The notes under the pieces: model-generated
What the model was told of the DNA's origin: nothing
The model's database searches: none
The model's input: only the letters and a program-made list of their open reading frames with translations
From: Phycisphaeraceae bacterium
GTDB taxonomy: Bacteria; Planctomycetota; Phycisphaerae; Phycisphaerales; Phycisphaeraceae
Length of the DNA stretch: 64,000 nucleotides
Reading direction: 5' to 3'
Assembly: GCA_963674705.1 (NCBI GenBank)
Contig: OY771506.1
Coordinates: 2,592,001 to 2,656,000, forward strand
In this document: positions 41,314-50,983 of the stretch, piece after piece
Numbering within the stretch: position 1 is the stretch's first letter
Layout of the letters: each line of letters starts with the position of its first letter
Position numbers and translations under genes: made by a program

Positions 41314-41346
41314 AAAAAACCGGCCAAAGCATGAGCTTGGCCGGTT
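41314..41346 (-). terminator. Rho-independent terminator of the glycosidase gene
   Basis: AACCGGCCAAG..CTTTGGCCGG followed by a T-tract on the minus strand. Confidence 0.75.
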
Positions 41347-41377
41347 CGTGTCTTAAAAGCTGCCGCAGGGCTTATCG

Positions 41378-44300
41378 TTACTTCGTGGTTTTGTACTCAA
41401 AAGCATCAACGATGATCTCGGTGCCCGACGATCGATCGTGCTTGTCACCGCGTACGCGGATCATCAGTGTGTGTTCGCCGTGCGGCAATTCTTCGGATTC
41501 ATACACCAGCGTATCGTAGCCCGTGTAGTCGCTGAAGCAGTCCGCGGTATGCACGAGCTTGCCATCAAGCAGGATGTCGACTTTGCCCAGGTCGTTTCGC
41601 TGATAGCCGAAGTAACGTATCTGGCTGCCGGTGAAGGTGAACGTGGCGGTAGCGTCCTTGCTTTCGCTGTAGTGTTCGGAATAGTTATAGCTTGGGTTTT
41701 GCGTATAGGTTCCCCACGTGCCTTCGTAGACCACGCTCTTGTCGGTATCATCGACTTTGATCCACTTGCCGGGCGAGGTGGTGATGAATGGGGTCATTTC
41801 ACTTCTATTGCCTGCCGCATCGCGTGAGGTGATCGCGTAGGTATAGTGCTTGCCGACCTCAACGTCTTTGTCGATATATTGTGTATCTGTAATCCCGGTA
41901 GCAACCGCGTTAAACACATCATCATTCTCAACTGCGCGGAACACGTCATAACCAGCCAGATCGATCTCGTTGCTGCCGGTCCATGTCACTTTGATCTGAT
42001 CCAGATCTGTCTCGACAGCTACGCCACCAGGTGCAGCAGGCGGAGTCTTGTCCGGCTCATCTGATAGCACCTCAAACACATCGATAATCCCCCGTGCATC
42101 AAAAGCCTTGGGATTTTTTCGACCGGTCAGTTTGACGGTGATCGTGTGCTCGCCGTCCGACAAATCGGTTGCTTCAAACAATCGCATGTGTCTGCGCAAG
42201 CTGCCGTGATACGCATCGACCTCCGCGACGGGTTTGCCGTCGAGCGAAACCTCGAGGATGCCCATCGTGTCACGGATGAAGCCGTAGTAGCGGATGCCCC
42301 GCCCTGTAAACGTCAGGCTCGCTTCGCTGCCCGGCGTCTGGCTGACATATTCCAGCCAGCGGTCGCGCGGGTCGGTGCGCCACTCGCCCGAGTATTCAAT
42401 CGCATCATCACGGCTGGAAACCCGCACCCAGTTAGCCGGGAAAGCGGTCTCTTCATTGCTGAATGCGCTCTTGTTACCGGCCATGTCAACGCTGCGGACG
42501 ACGTAGTAATAACGCGTTTGTTTCTCGACCGTGCTGTCCGAGTACGTGAAGGTTTTAACGCCGTCGGCGATCAATTCATAAGGCCCGCCTTCCTTTGTGC
42601 TTCGGTGGATCTCGTAATGATCGAAGTCGGACTCCGGACCGGTGCTCTTCCAGTCCAAGCGGACGATGCCTTCCGCTTCGCGCGCACGCAGCCAGAACGG
42701 CGCATCGGGCGCCATGTTGTCCGTCTCGCCGACTTCCGCGCCCGGCAGATAAGGTTTGATTACACGCCACTGCACATCGGCGCTTGGCTCGCCCGGTGTT
42801 GCCAGCGTGAGTTGTTCGTCGCGCTGGTTGAAGCAAAGTCGTTTCCCGCTGGCTGGATTCTCAAGGAAAAACCAGCCGTGCTCATGCGGCGTGAAGACCC
42901 ATTCAACACTTCGACCACGTGCATCCTTCGGGAACATAGCCGGTGCATCACCCTTAACACCAAGCCGCTTATCGCCGTCACGTGAAACAATGTAATACCG
43001 TTCGCTGCCCGCATGCACCAGATACCAGTTCGTGTCCGGATGAATGTCCGTGATCGTTGTCATGCCTGGTTCGCCATCGGTCACGTTGAGTCTTTGATTG
43101 CTGGCCTTGTTGTGCAGGTAATACCACATGCCGGGGTGTATCCCCGTGTCCGCATCCCATGCGCCATACAGCCTGCCAAGCGGGCGCAGTGTCAGTCGAT
43201 CGATCTCCCACGGCGCGCCCGGTTTGCCGTTCGGCCAATCCACCGCGAAGGGGAAGAAGAAGTAACGATCGATATGTTCAGCGTTCTCCATGCGGTACAC
43301 GACTTCAGACATCCACGTATACACCTGTTCGTCAGTCCACGGCGCGGGCCCGCCCCAGTTGACGATGTTCCACTCCGTCAGCCAGATCGGTTTGTGATAA
43401 CGATCGTATGCCCCACGGACATGGTTCATGAACTGGTTGGCGAATGGTCCGCTTGTGATGTAGTAATGCACTGCGGTGATATCAAAACGGTAGTGGTTTT
43501 GTTCAGCCGGCGTAAACCACTGATTCGCCCAGCCGTTGTTCCAGTTCGATGGACAGAGACTCGCCAGCGGTAAGTCAATCGCTTCAAGCGCGCTCCACAT
43601 CTGCAGCGTCCGCTGAACCGATAAATCAGACTGGTCCGTATGGTCCGGCTCATTGAAGCCCATCAAGTAAACCGGCTCAGCGGTAGAGTACCACTCAGCT
43701 TGGCGCAGCGCCATCTGCTCCCAGTGATTGTTGCCCCAGAGCATCGGCTGATGTTGTAGGTTCGGCGGATTGTCCCCGGCCGGCTCAAGCCCCCAGTTGT
43801 AAACACTCGCCGCACGCATACTGTTGATGTGCGGGCCCGCCCCTTGCTCAGCAAGACCCTTCTTCGGATAGTGATTGTAGTAGACGATCTTCCACGTGTT
43901 CTTTTTGTCTTTCTTAACCGGTTTCTGTACGAGCCTCTTGCCGGACCCATCGACCGCTAGCGCCAGGCCACTGTGAACATTGACCAGTTGTTTTAATTCG
44001 TTGTCCGCATCCTTAATTGTCCATAGCTGATAATCAAGTGCGTGGTATTTACCTTCACGAATCGCCGCGCCCGACTTCATGGAAGCATCCGCAACCTCCA
44101 GGCATTGATTGGTGCCACGATTGACAATGCGGTAGTAGTCAGTGCCAATCAGGTTAAGCAGATGGTACTGCTGATTCTCCTTGCCTTGAGATGCATCTAG
44201 CACCAGCTTGTCGTCACTGAAGCTGATGATCTTTCCGCTCTTCGGTTGTGTAATCAGATAAAGGTCATCATCGAAAGTGCTGTATCGTGTCTGGCTTGGC

Positions 44301-45271
44301 GGAGTGACGGAAACTTCCGTACCCGCCGGATAACCATCACCATTATTCGGCGGCAGCAGAACCAGTTCCTGAACCTTCACGCTGCCATCATCATCAATCA
44401 CAAGACGGATGCCTGTCGTCTGAATCGGATCGAACGCAAGTTGGACGACGTCTTGTTCATTGTTGGCAACTTCGGTATTCGGCACCATCTTCCATTGCTC
44501 GTTCTCCAGATATTCCAGATGGAAGTTATGCAGCGCATCATCATTTTTACCGGCATAGACGTGCGCGTAGCCAACGCTGCGATCGCTCTGGAATTTGACT
44601 TCCAGCCAATGTGGATCATCACTCGCTTCGCTGACCCATTGCGAAGCCGGATCGACAATCCCGTCGGTTGCCAGGAACGGCCGGTGATCGCCGGGCAGTT
44701 GAGAGCTTGCCGTGACGAACGGAACAAGGCCGACCTCAAGTTCAACCGCATTATCGATCGGGTAGTTATCACCCTCATTGACAGGGAATACCGCGAGTTC
44801 CGCCACACTGATCGGCCCATCATCATCGCAGACAAGCCGGACGCGATCTGTCGTGACGGGCTTATCGAATGAGATACGGAGTTGTGTCTTGGCGTTGTTT
44901 TCGATCTTTGCACCCGGGATGGTCTGCCAGTCGTCGCCGTCTCGGTATTCAAGCGAGAAGTTGGCGACCGCATCTTTGCCGAAGTTACCGGTGAAGACAT
45001 GGGCGCTACCGATCTCGAATCGCCCCGGAAGTTCGACTTCAAGCCAGTGGGGGCCTTGCTTGCTGACCCATCGTGAAATCGGGCTGACCATCCCGTCGGT
45101 AGCAAGATCGGCAGGGTAGTCGGCCTGCTGTCCGCTGGCTGTGGTCGGCATGTAGCGCGTGAGGTTCATGCCTTGCGCGCAGGCGTGATCGATAGTCAGC
45201 AACAGTGTCAAGAGCAGGGCCACGCACAGGCCGAGGGCGGTGCAGCATGGATGAACGCTTCGCTTGGTCAT
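41378..45271 (-). CDS. Secreted multimodular glycoside hydrolase (GH128-like) with F5/8 (CBM32-like), ricin-B, FN3 and CBM-like modules
   Basis: Catalytic YNW..PMLWG, GFNEPD and KPIWLTEW. Two ATDG..W discoidin repeats, QxW ricin repeats, two FN3-like YYYVV.SVD.AGN.S units. Confidence 0.85.
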   Translation of the reverse strand: MTKRSVHPCCTALGLCVALLLTLLLTIDHACAQGMNLTRYMPTTASGQQADYPADLATDGMVSPISRWVSKQGPHWLEVELPGRFEIGSAHVFTGNFGKDAVANFSLEYRDGDDWQTIPGAKIENNAKTQLRISFDKPVTTDRVRLVCDDDGPISVAELAVFPVNEGDNYPIDNAVELEVGLVPFVTASSQLPGDHRPFLATDGIVDPASQWVSEASDDPHWLEVKFQSDRSVGYAHVYAGKNDDALHNFHLEYLENEQWKMVPNTEVANNEQDVVQLAFDPIQTTGIRLVIDDDGSVKVQELVLLPPNNGDGYPAGTEVSVTPPSQTRYSTFDDDLYLITQPKSGKIISFSDDKLVLDASQGKENQQYHLLNLIGTDYYRIVNRGTNQCLEVADASMKSGAAIREGKYHALDYQLWTIKDADNELKQLVNVHSGLALAVDGSGKRLVQKPVKKDKKNTWKIVYYNHYPKKGLAEQGAGPHINSMRAASVYNWGLEPAGDNPPNLQHQPMLWGNNHWEQMALRQAEWYSTAEPVYLMGFNEPDHTDQSDLSVQRTLQMWSALEAIDLPLASLCPSNWNNGWANQWFTPAEQNHYRFDITAVHYYITSGPFANQFMNHVRGAYDRYHKPIWLTEWNIVNWGGPAPWTDEQVYTWMSEVVYRMENAEHIDRYFFFPFAVDWPNGKPGAPWEIDRLTLRPLGRLYGAWDADTGIHPGMWYYLHNKASNQRLNVTDGEPGMTTITDIHPDTNWYLVHAGSERYYIVSRDGDKRLGVKGDAPAMFPKDARGRSVEWVFTPHEHGWFFLENPASGKRLCFNQRDEQLTLATPGEPSADVQWRVIKPYLPGAEVGETDNMAPDAPFWLRAREAEGIVRLDWKSTGPESDFDHYEIHRSTKEGGPYELIADGVKTFTYSDSTVEKQTRYYYVVRSVDMAGNKSAFSNEETAFPANWVRVSSRDDAIEYSGEWRTDPRDRWLEYVSQTPGSEASLTFTGRGIRYYGFIRDTMGILEVSLDGKPVAEVDAYHGSLRRHMRLFEATDLSDGEHTITVKLTGRKNPKAFDARGIIDVFEVLSDEPDKTPPAAPGGVAVETDLDQIKVTWTGSNEIDLAGYDVFRAVENDDVFNAVATGITDTQYIDKDVEVGKHYTYAITSRDAAGNRSEMTPFITTSPGKWIKVDDTDKSVVYEGTWGTYTQNPSYNYSEHYSESKDATATFTFTGSQIRYFGYQRNDLGKVDILLDGKLVHTADCFSDYTGYDTLVYESEELPHGEHTLMIRVRGDKHDRSSGTEIIVDAFEYKTTK

Positions 45272-45532
45272 AATTTCCTCACAAGTAATCCTGGATTCCT
45301 GATCGACGATCAAAAATGTAAAGTGTCGCCTTGTCGCTTCTTTTTAAGGCCAAAACGAAGCAACCGCGCGTATGATATCAGACGAAGTTTGCATCGGGAC
45401 ACCCGAATCGATGTAATAGGTATTTACATTGCTCCATCAGCCCCCATGATCTGATCCTGCAATGTGGGCGTGTAACCTGATCGGTCTTTTCAAGTAAACA
45501 GCACGGCAAACATAATGAAGGAAGGCATCATC

Positions 45533-46009
45533 ATGCGGAGATTCAATGGCTGGACAAAGACATGCGTTGTCTGTCTCGTGACGTGTCTGGGGCTGACGAT
45601 AACGGGTTGCTCGAAAGAAGAAAACAAAACGCCGCAAGACACGGTTAAAAATGCGACTGTGAAGGTAGATGTCTACCACCTGCGAGGCCGGCTCGTTTCG
45701 CTGCCCGATCCCGACAACCCGGCAAGCGAGTTGAAGATCCATCACGAAGCGATCGACGACTTCAAGATGGGCGATGGCGAAGCCGCGCCGATGAATTCAA
45801 TGACGATGCCTTTCACGCCCGGCGAAGATGTTTCATTTGATGATTTAGCGGTAGGTGATGCGGTCGAGTTCACGTTTGAAATGCAGTGGGAGCCCGCCGC
45901 CGAGATGCGCGCCGTTGACTTCAAGAAGCTGCCCGCCGACACGCAACTATCTTTCGAGAATAAAGACGACGAAGCCGGTGATGATCAGCACATGCATGGC
46001 GGACATTAA
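45533..46009 (+). CDS. CusF-like copper-binding lipoprotein
   Basis: Lipobox ITGC, IHHEAI..M.SMTMPF, L.VGD.V.F and a His-rich tail. Confidence 0.82.
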   Translation: MRRFNGWTKTCVVCLVTCLGLTITGCSKEENKTPQDTVKNATVKVDVYHLRGRLVSLPDPDNPASELKIHHEAIDDFKMGDGEAAPMNSMTMPFTPGEDVSFDDLAVGDAVEFTFEMQWEPAAEMRAVDFKKLPADTQLSFENKDDEAGDDQHMHGGH

Positions 46010-46021
46010 GCCCGGCGCGTT

Positions 46022-47080
46022 TTAAAACCCATGCGTCGCCGACAGCATCAGGGCGCCGAAGCTGTGGTAGCCGTCCTGATCTTCGAACTGGCTGGTAATG
46101 AAAGTCTGCGAGTAATTGGCTTGCAGGTCCCAGCCCTTGAATCGGCCGTAAACCGCGAAACCTGCCTGGGCCTCGCCCACAAGCGGCTCGGTATCGACGC
46201 TGTGGCTGTCCTTGTAGGTATTGCCTTCCAGGAAAAGGTCGTGCTCAACCACGCGGCCTGAAACACGAACGAAAGCATACGCGCCGCCCTGTTCTGACTG
46301 TATTACTGTGGCGTCGGCAACATCTTCAAGCCGGCCCGGGCCGAAGTCGTCGGGCATATGGACGCCGACGCGGTAGGTCGCGCCGAGCGCGATGTTACGG
46401 TACACCGTACCAAGCGCCAGGTCTGCCTGGCTGATGATCTGCTGATCCAACGTGTGATTCCAAAGCTCAAGCGTGCTCATCTCATGCCGCCACTTGCGAC
46501 GAAGCGAAAGCTGAGCCGTGAATTCATCGTGCAGTTGATTGTCCCAGCCACGCGGTTCATCCGCACGGAATGTGCTATGGATGCTGTATTGGAAGTGGTC
46601 TGCCTGTGATGCCGGGCCGGTCGTACCTAGATCGAGTTGGATGTGATCGAAAGTGTTATCATTCGATCGCTGAAGGTACATCCCGCCGAACAGGTACCCG
46701 GCGTAAGGCCGATCATCGTCGAGCAGCCTGCGGGCTCTTATGTTTTCAGGTGTAAAAAACTGTTGAGCGAAGATATAGCCGGCCGCCGTATCGTCAAATA
46801 CTTCACCCAACGTAACCGTGTCGGCAAAACCATCAGCCCAGTCAGGCTGATGGGCAATCGTTGCCGCCAATCCGTTTGTGTAGTAGCGATCGGTAGCACG
46901 GTTGGGCTTCAGAAATGAACTGTCGTTCTCCCAGTACACCGCGAACGTAAACGGATGAGTTTGCTCGGTCTGTTCATCAAACGCTGTTGTATCCTGACTC
47001 TCCGCTTGCAACGCAGGCTGACCGACGCCGATCATCAAGCCAAAACAACTCATGATCGCAACGATTGTGTTGGTTCTCAT
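46022..47080 (-). CDS. Lipid A deacylase LpxR-family outer membrane protein
   Basis: END, DRYYTNG, FTP, DRPYAG, GP.S..Q..H, GWDNQL and a C-terminal Phe. Confidence 0.88.
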   Translation of the reverse strand: MRTNTIVAIMSCFGLMIGVGQPALQAESQDTTAFDEQTEQTHPFTFAVYWENDSSFLKPNRATDRYYTNGLAATIAHQPDWADGFADTVTLGEVFDDTAAGYIFAQQFFTPENIRARRLLDDDRPYAGYLFGGMYLQRSNDNTFDHIQLDLGTTGPASQADHFQYSIHSTFRADEPRGWDNQLHDEFTAQLSLRRKWRHEMSTLELWNHTLDQQIISQADLALGTVYRNIALGATYRVGVHMPDDFGPGRLEDVADATVIQSEQGGAYAFVRVSGRVVEHDLFLEGNTYKDSHSVDTEPLVGEAQAGFAVYGRFKGWDLQANYSQTFITSQFEDQDGYHSFGALMLSATHGF

Positions 47081-47166
47081 CGGTTTTACACCACACAAGA
47101 CGCACAGGCGTCTGGTTACATTCAGGGTATTCAGTCACGGCAAGTCTTACTGTATCAGATTGTGAC

Positions 47167-47814
47167 TCAACCGGGTTGCCGTGCCACTGTTGCCATCTCA
47201 GTATCCGCCAGTGATCGGGGTTCATGATTGTGAGATTTGACGTATTGGATCAGTTGGGGGAAGAACTCATCAAAGTCATCCGCAAGCGCTTCGTTTAGTT
47301 CGGGTAGATCATCCACCGCACTCACCAGGTCGACCGGCCTACCCAGACGCTCCGAGAATCGTCCGGACATCATCCCGAGCACAACCGCCATCCCCTCCGC
47401 CGTGGCATAACACCGAAGCCAGCCTTGCTCGATCAGCCTGCCGATGATCGGCCGCATCGGCTCGGGCATCAGGTCGTAGTGCTGAGCCAACTCGTCATGA
47501 ACCAGGTCGATAAACGTATCCAACGGCTCGTCATGGTAACGCTCCCACGAACGTGCCAGTATGTGGTCATAAAACAGGTCTGTCAGGATGCCGCTGAATC
47601 GGCCGTGACGCTCACGAAAACGGCCGCGGCTGCGCAGGAACACGGGGTGGGTATCGGTGAACGCATCAATACGTTTGTGGTTTTTCGCCCCTGCCACAAC
47701 AACGGGATGAAGCCCGTCCGACAACGGCCCCGGGGCCATGTCAGGCAGCAGGTTCCCGATCCGCGAAGCGGCAGTCGGTTCGGCTAAATACAGGTGGGCA
47801 AGAAAGTTCACCAT
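47167..47814 (-). CDS. acpH: ACP phosphodiesterase
   Basis: NFLAHLYL, GN...D, H.RID.FTD.HP, D..YDH.LA and FFP.L motifs. Confidence 0.92.
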   Translation of the reverse strand: MVNFLAHLYLAEPTAASRIGNLLPDMAPGPLSDGLHPVVVAGAKNHKRIDAFTDTHPVFLRSRGRFRERHGRFSGILTDLFYDHILARSWERYHDEPLDTFIDLVHDELAQHYDLMPEPMRPIIGRLIEQGWLRCYATAEGMAVVLGMMSGRFSERLGRPVDLVSAVDDLPELNEALADDFDEFFPQLIQYVKSHNHEPRSLADTEMATVARQPG

Positions 47815-47972
47815 GGGAGTGTGGCGAAGCTAGGCGGGGATTGCAAACATGGTTGGTGCTGGAACACTGTCAAGCCAACTGTAGCGGGTGCCCTGTTTTG
47901 ACCGCGCAGCGGCAAAGCAGGTAAAGCAGCTCTACGGAATCAAGACGGCTCGCAGCGGTTTATACTTTATGG

Positions 47973-48653
47973 ATGCATGGAGAGACAGAGATCAGCAAGG
48001 CGCCACGGATCAGTTGGGGGATCGCGCATGCCCTGTTGGTATTGCTTGCCGGCTTGCTTTACACCCAGGCGGGGTCGCAGTGGTGGGGCGGTTTTTGGGG
48101 TATCGAGCGCGCGGGTGATGAGTTGCGCCGGCTTGTGCTCTGGTTATTCGGAGTAACGCTCTGGCTGCGGATGACCTTCACCGGGCTGTACTTGCTGCGT
48201 CGGCGTTTTGGTTGGGATGAGTTCTGGCCGGTGCTTTTCGCTTCCGCGATCTATCAGCTTGGATTTGCCTTGCTGGGCACGACTGATCCCAAACCCTTAG
48301 GTATGCTCGATGCACTGGGTATCGGTTTGTACTTGTTGGGCAGTTTCCTGAATACTTATTCAGAGTTGCAGCGCAAGCGGTTCAAGGATCGGCCGGAAAA
48401 TCAGGGCAGGCTGTTTGTCGGGGGATTGTTCAGCCGAATCCGCCATGTCAATTACCTGGGCGATTCGCTTTGGGCGCTTGGCTGGGCGATCCTGACCGGC
48501 AGCGTGTGGGCCCTGATCGTACCCCTGCTGTTGACCGTCGGCTTTATCTTCTACTTCATCCCCACACTCTCCAAACACCTGCAATCCAAATACGGCGAAC
48601 CCTACAAACAGTGGGTAAAACGCTCTTGGGCCCTCATCCCATTTATCTATTGA
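47973..48653 (+). CDS. DUF1295 / steroid 5-alpha-reductase-like membrane protein
   Basis: E.Q...FK..PEN.G.L..GGLF...RH.NY.G and C-terminal IPFIY. Confidence 0.85.
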   Translation: MHGETEISKAPRISWGIAHALLVLLAGLLYTQAGSQWWGGFWGIERAGDELRRLVLWLFGVTLWLRMTFTGLYLLRRRFGWDEFWPVLFASAIYQLGFALLGTTDPKPLGMLDALGIGLYLLGSFLNTYSELQRKRFKDRPENQGRLFVGGLFSRIRHVNYLGDSLWALGWAILTGSVWALIVPLLLTVGFIFYFIPTLSKHLQSKYGEPYKQWVKRSWALIPFIY

Positions 48654-48761
48654 GGCTTGGATTAAGAAGCACCTTGCATGTGTGCGGGGCGAACTAACGA
48701 GGCCTGAATTCGCGTTCAGACGATGTTGGGTGCGCCCGGTTAAGCATTACAAGAAGATAAG

Positions 48762-48936
48762 TAGCCACAGATGAACACGGATAAACACAGATGAAAGAGT
48801 TATCCACAGATTACGCAGATTGCGCAGATTTTCGAATACGAAAAGCGATTGAATCTTAAATCTGTGTCATCTGCGTAATCTGTGGATACTTCTTGTCTTC
48901 TTCTTATCTGTGTTTATCCGTGTTCATCTGTGGCTA
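48762..48936. repeat. Nested inverted repeats made of 9-mer (CACAGATxx) units
   Basis: Outer arms TAGCCACAGATGAACACGGATAAACACAGAT / ATCTGTGTTTATCCGTGTTCATCTGTGGCTA. Inner arms TATCCACAGATTACGCAGAT / ATCTGCGTAATCTGTGGATA. Confidence 0.9.
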
Positions 48937-49383
48937 AATATTGTCTGATTGCAGGCTGCGCTGCGCTCGGCACGGGTCTCCCGCCCCGCCGTGGTCGCTG
49001 ACCGCAGGTCTCCCAGGTTTTCAGGCCAAGCTCTAAAGCACTCACATCAACCATTGCCCGTTTTTTTACGCCTGTGAGGGGGGGACACCAGGCGGCGCGG
49101 CTGCGAATGATGCAAATGGTTTTAAGGCGCTCGCCGGCGCGGCTCAGTGATCGGTAGCCGCGCCGACGAGGCCGAACAAGGAGCATAAAGGCTGCGACCC
49201 CTTGGCCGACTGGCGAAGAATCCGTTTCCCGCTTGCGGGCCACCCACCCTTCTCCTCCGGAACAGTCCTCCCCGGAACAGTCCTCCCCGGATTCACCGGA
49301 CCTGCCACCCGGAACCGGAACTGTCCGCAGACATGCCCCTCGGATCTGACCCCGTGTCTACTCCCGGTACAGCTCCGCCCCGC

Positions 49384-49480
49384 ACTTACCCCCGGACTTA
49401 CCCCCGGACTTACCCCCGGACTTACCCCCGGACTTACCCCCGGACTTACCCCCCGGACTTACCTCCGGATTTACCCTCGG
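49384..49480. repeat. 12-bp tandem repeat (ACTTACCCCCGG)x5 plus 3 degenerate units
   Basis: Read directly from the sequence. Confidence 0.92.
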
Positions 49481-49775
49481 ATCCAGCTTCCTGATTGGCT
49501 GCACTTGGATCAATCACCCCCGATAGCTTGTCTCCGGCCCGATTTCTTAACTGTTTTGTTCCGATCTTGGCTGGCCCTCCTGGCTGTGATCCTGCCCCCG
49601 GACTTCCAATAATCCATCAAGCACTCCCCGGTGGCTGTAAGCTATTCAAATCCTTTTGGATATTGGTTTTATGATTATCTGTCCTGTTTGAGATCGCACC
49701 TGGTCCATGAGCCTGAACCGATCAATTCGCCACCCATCCTCGGGTCATTTTTTTAAAAAGACCGATCCGGCAAGA

Positions 49776-50414
49776 TCATGCGGCGATGGCCTCGCAGGCC
49801 GGGCTGTAGGTCTCGCGGGTCGGGTCGTCCAGGCTGGCCATGTGGTAGAGCTGGGCTGTGTCCTCATCCAGGCGGTCGGCCCGTTCGTCGAACCAGGTCA
49901 TCAACTCGGCAAACCGGATGCTCTCGCGGAACTGGGGCAGCCGGGCCAGTAGAAACAGGACAAAAGCGCTGGTCAGTGCCCGGTCCTGCTCGGTGCGGTC
50001 GTCGCTGTGTCTGAAGAGTCCCTCGTCATCCTGCATCGCTGAAAGGCCTACAAAGGCCCGATCCAGTGCCTCAGCCGATGGGCTCTGCATATCCGCCTGA
50101 TGTTCCCTCAGCGACGCAGCCAAGCCCGCCGCCGCAGCAGCCGTGGTCAGGGGGTCCCGGTCCACGCAGCCGGCAAATGTGCCATCAGGCAACTGGGACT
50201 GGATCAGCGTATCCACCATGGCTCGGCTGAGGGACGTCGGGCCGTAGATCAACTCACAGAGCCGACGCAGGCCCAGCCCGATGGCGGCGGCGGGCTGGCT
50301 CAGCCTTGCCTGCAACGGCAGAGGCAGGGCGGCCCCGTTCTGAGCCAGGCACCCGATCATCCGTCCGTGGTCGCCGCTATCAAAAAGCTTCTGGATGTGT
50401 GTTGCGCTGAGCAT
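49776..50414 (-). CDS. Hypothetical protein with prenyltransferase/QW-like repeats
   Basis: Q.PDGTF and QDDEGLF motifs in a helical context. GGAG RBS. Confidence 0.7.
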   Translation of the reverse strand: MLSATHIQKLFDSGDHGRMIGCLAQNGAALPLPLQARLSQPAAAIGLGLRRLCELIYGPTSLSRAMVDTLIQSQLPDGTFAGCVDRDPLTTAAAAAGLAASLREHQADMQSPSAEALDRAFVGLSAMQDDEGLFRHSDDRTEQDRALTSAFVLFLLARLPQFRESIRFAELMTWFDERADRLDEDTAQLYHMASLDDPTRETYSPACEAIAA

Positions 50415-50453
50415 ATCGGTCTCCGTTGTTGAATACGGTCTTTGTTAGGACCT

Positions 50454-50482
50454 AATATATGCCGAACAAGCGGGCGTGTCAA
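50454..50482 (-). promoter_or_regulatory. sigma70-like promoter
   Basis: TTGACA-17 bp-TATATT about 40 bp upstream of the 50414 start. Confidence 0.7.
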
Positions 50483-50645
50483 GCATTTTGTTGGGGTAAA
50501 GTTTGGGTTTGTTCGGTAGGTGAAATCCCGTCCGTCCGCCGTTTCCAACAGGTCCGATAGTTGCCGTGACACTCAGAGCGAGCCGTGCCCGGCCGGGCGA
50601 GAGAAGCCTGTCAATGGAAGGGGAGTATGGCTCGGTAAGGCGCAA

Positions 50646-50688
50646 GAAAAAACCTCCGCCACAGGGCTCCGATCCTGTGGGCGGAGGC
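50646..50688 (-). terminator. Rho-independent terminator
   Basis: CCTCCGCCCACAGG..CCTGTGGCGGAGG followed by TTTTTT on the minus strand. Confidence 0.75.
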
Positions 50689-50983
50689 GCGCCACGGCTA
50701 ACGGTTGAAAGCGTCAGACCGATCAATTTACCATCCGGCTCTTATCGTATCGGTTGGATTCGGCCTGTGTCAACGAAGGTTGTTGAGAAACGGTGGATTG
50801 TGTAAATCATTGATAAATAATCACATAATAATTTGACTCAGAATTGATACACCCGCTCGACACCTGTAACTTGCCTAGCGGAGCGAGTTTGTGATTGGCC
50901 GCTTAGAAACTGCGGTTTGTCAGAAATTTCTTATTTCGCATTACCGGTCCGGGTTCAACTGACCGCTGAACAAGCCGCCCTGT

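Noticed and set aside
48800..48808. DnaA box TTATCCACA suggesting oriC
   Set aside because: A single match that is part of the nested inverted repeat. No box cluster or dnaA nearby.
49202..49612. ORF with LTPG repeats
   Set aside because: Produced by the 12-bp tandem repeat. TTG start and no other support.
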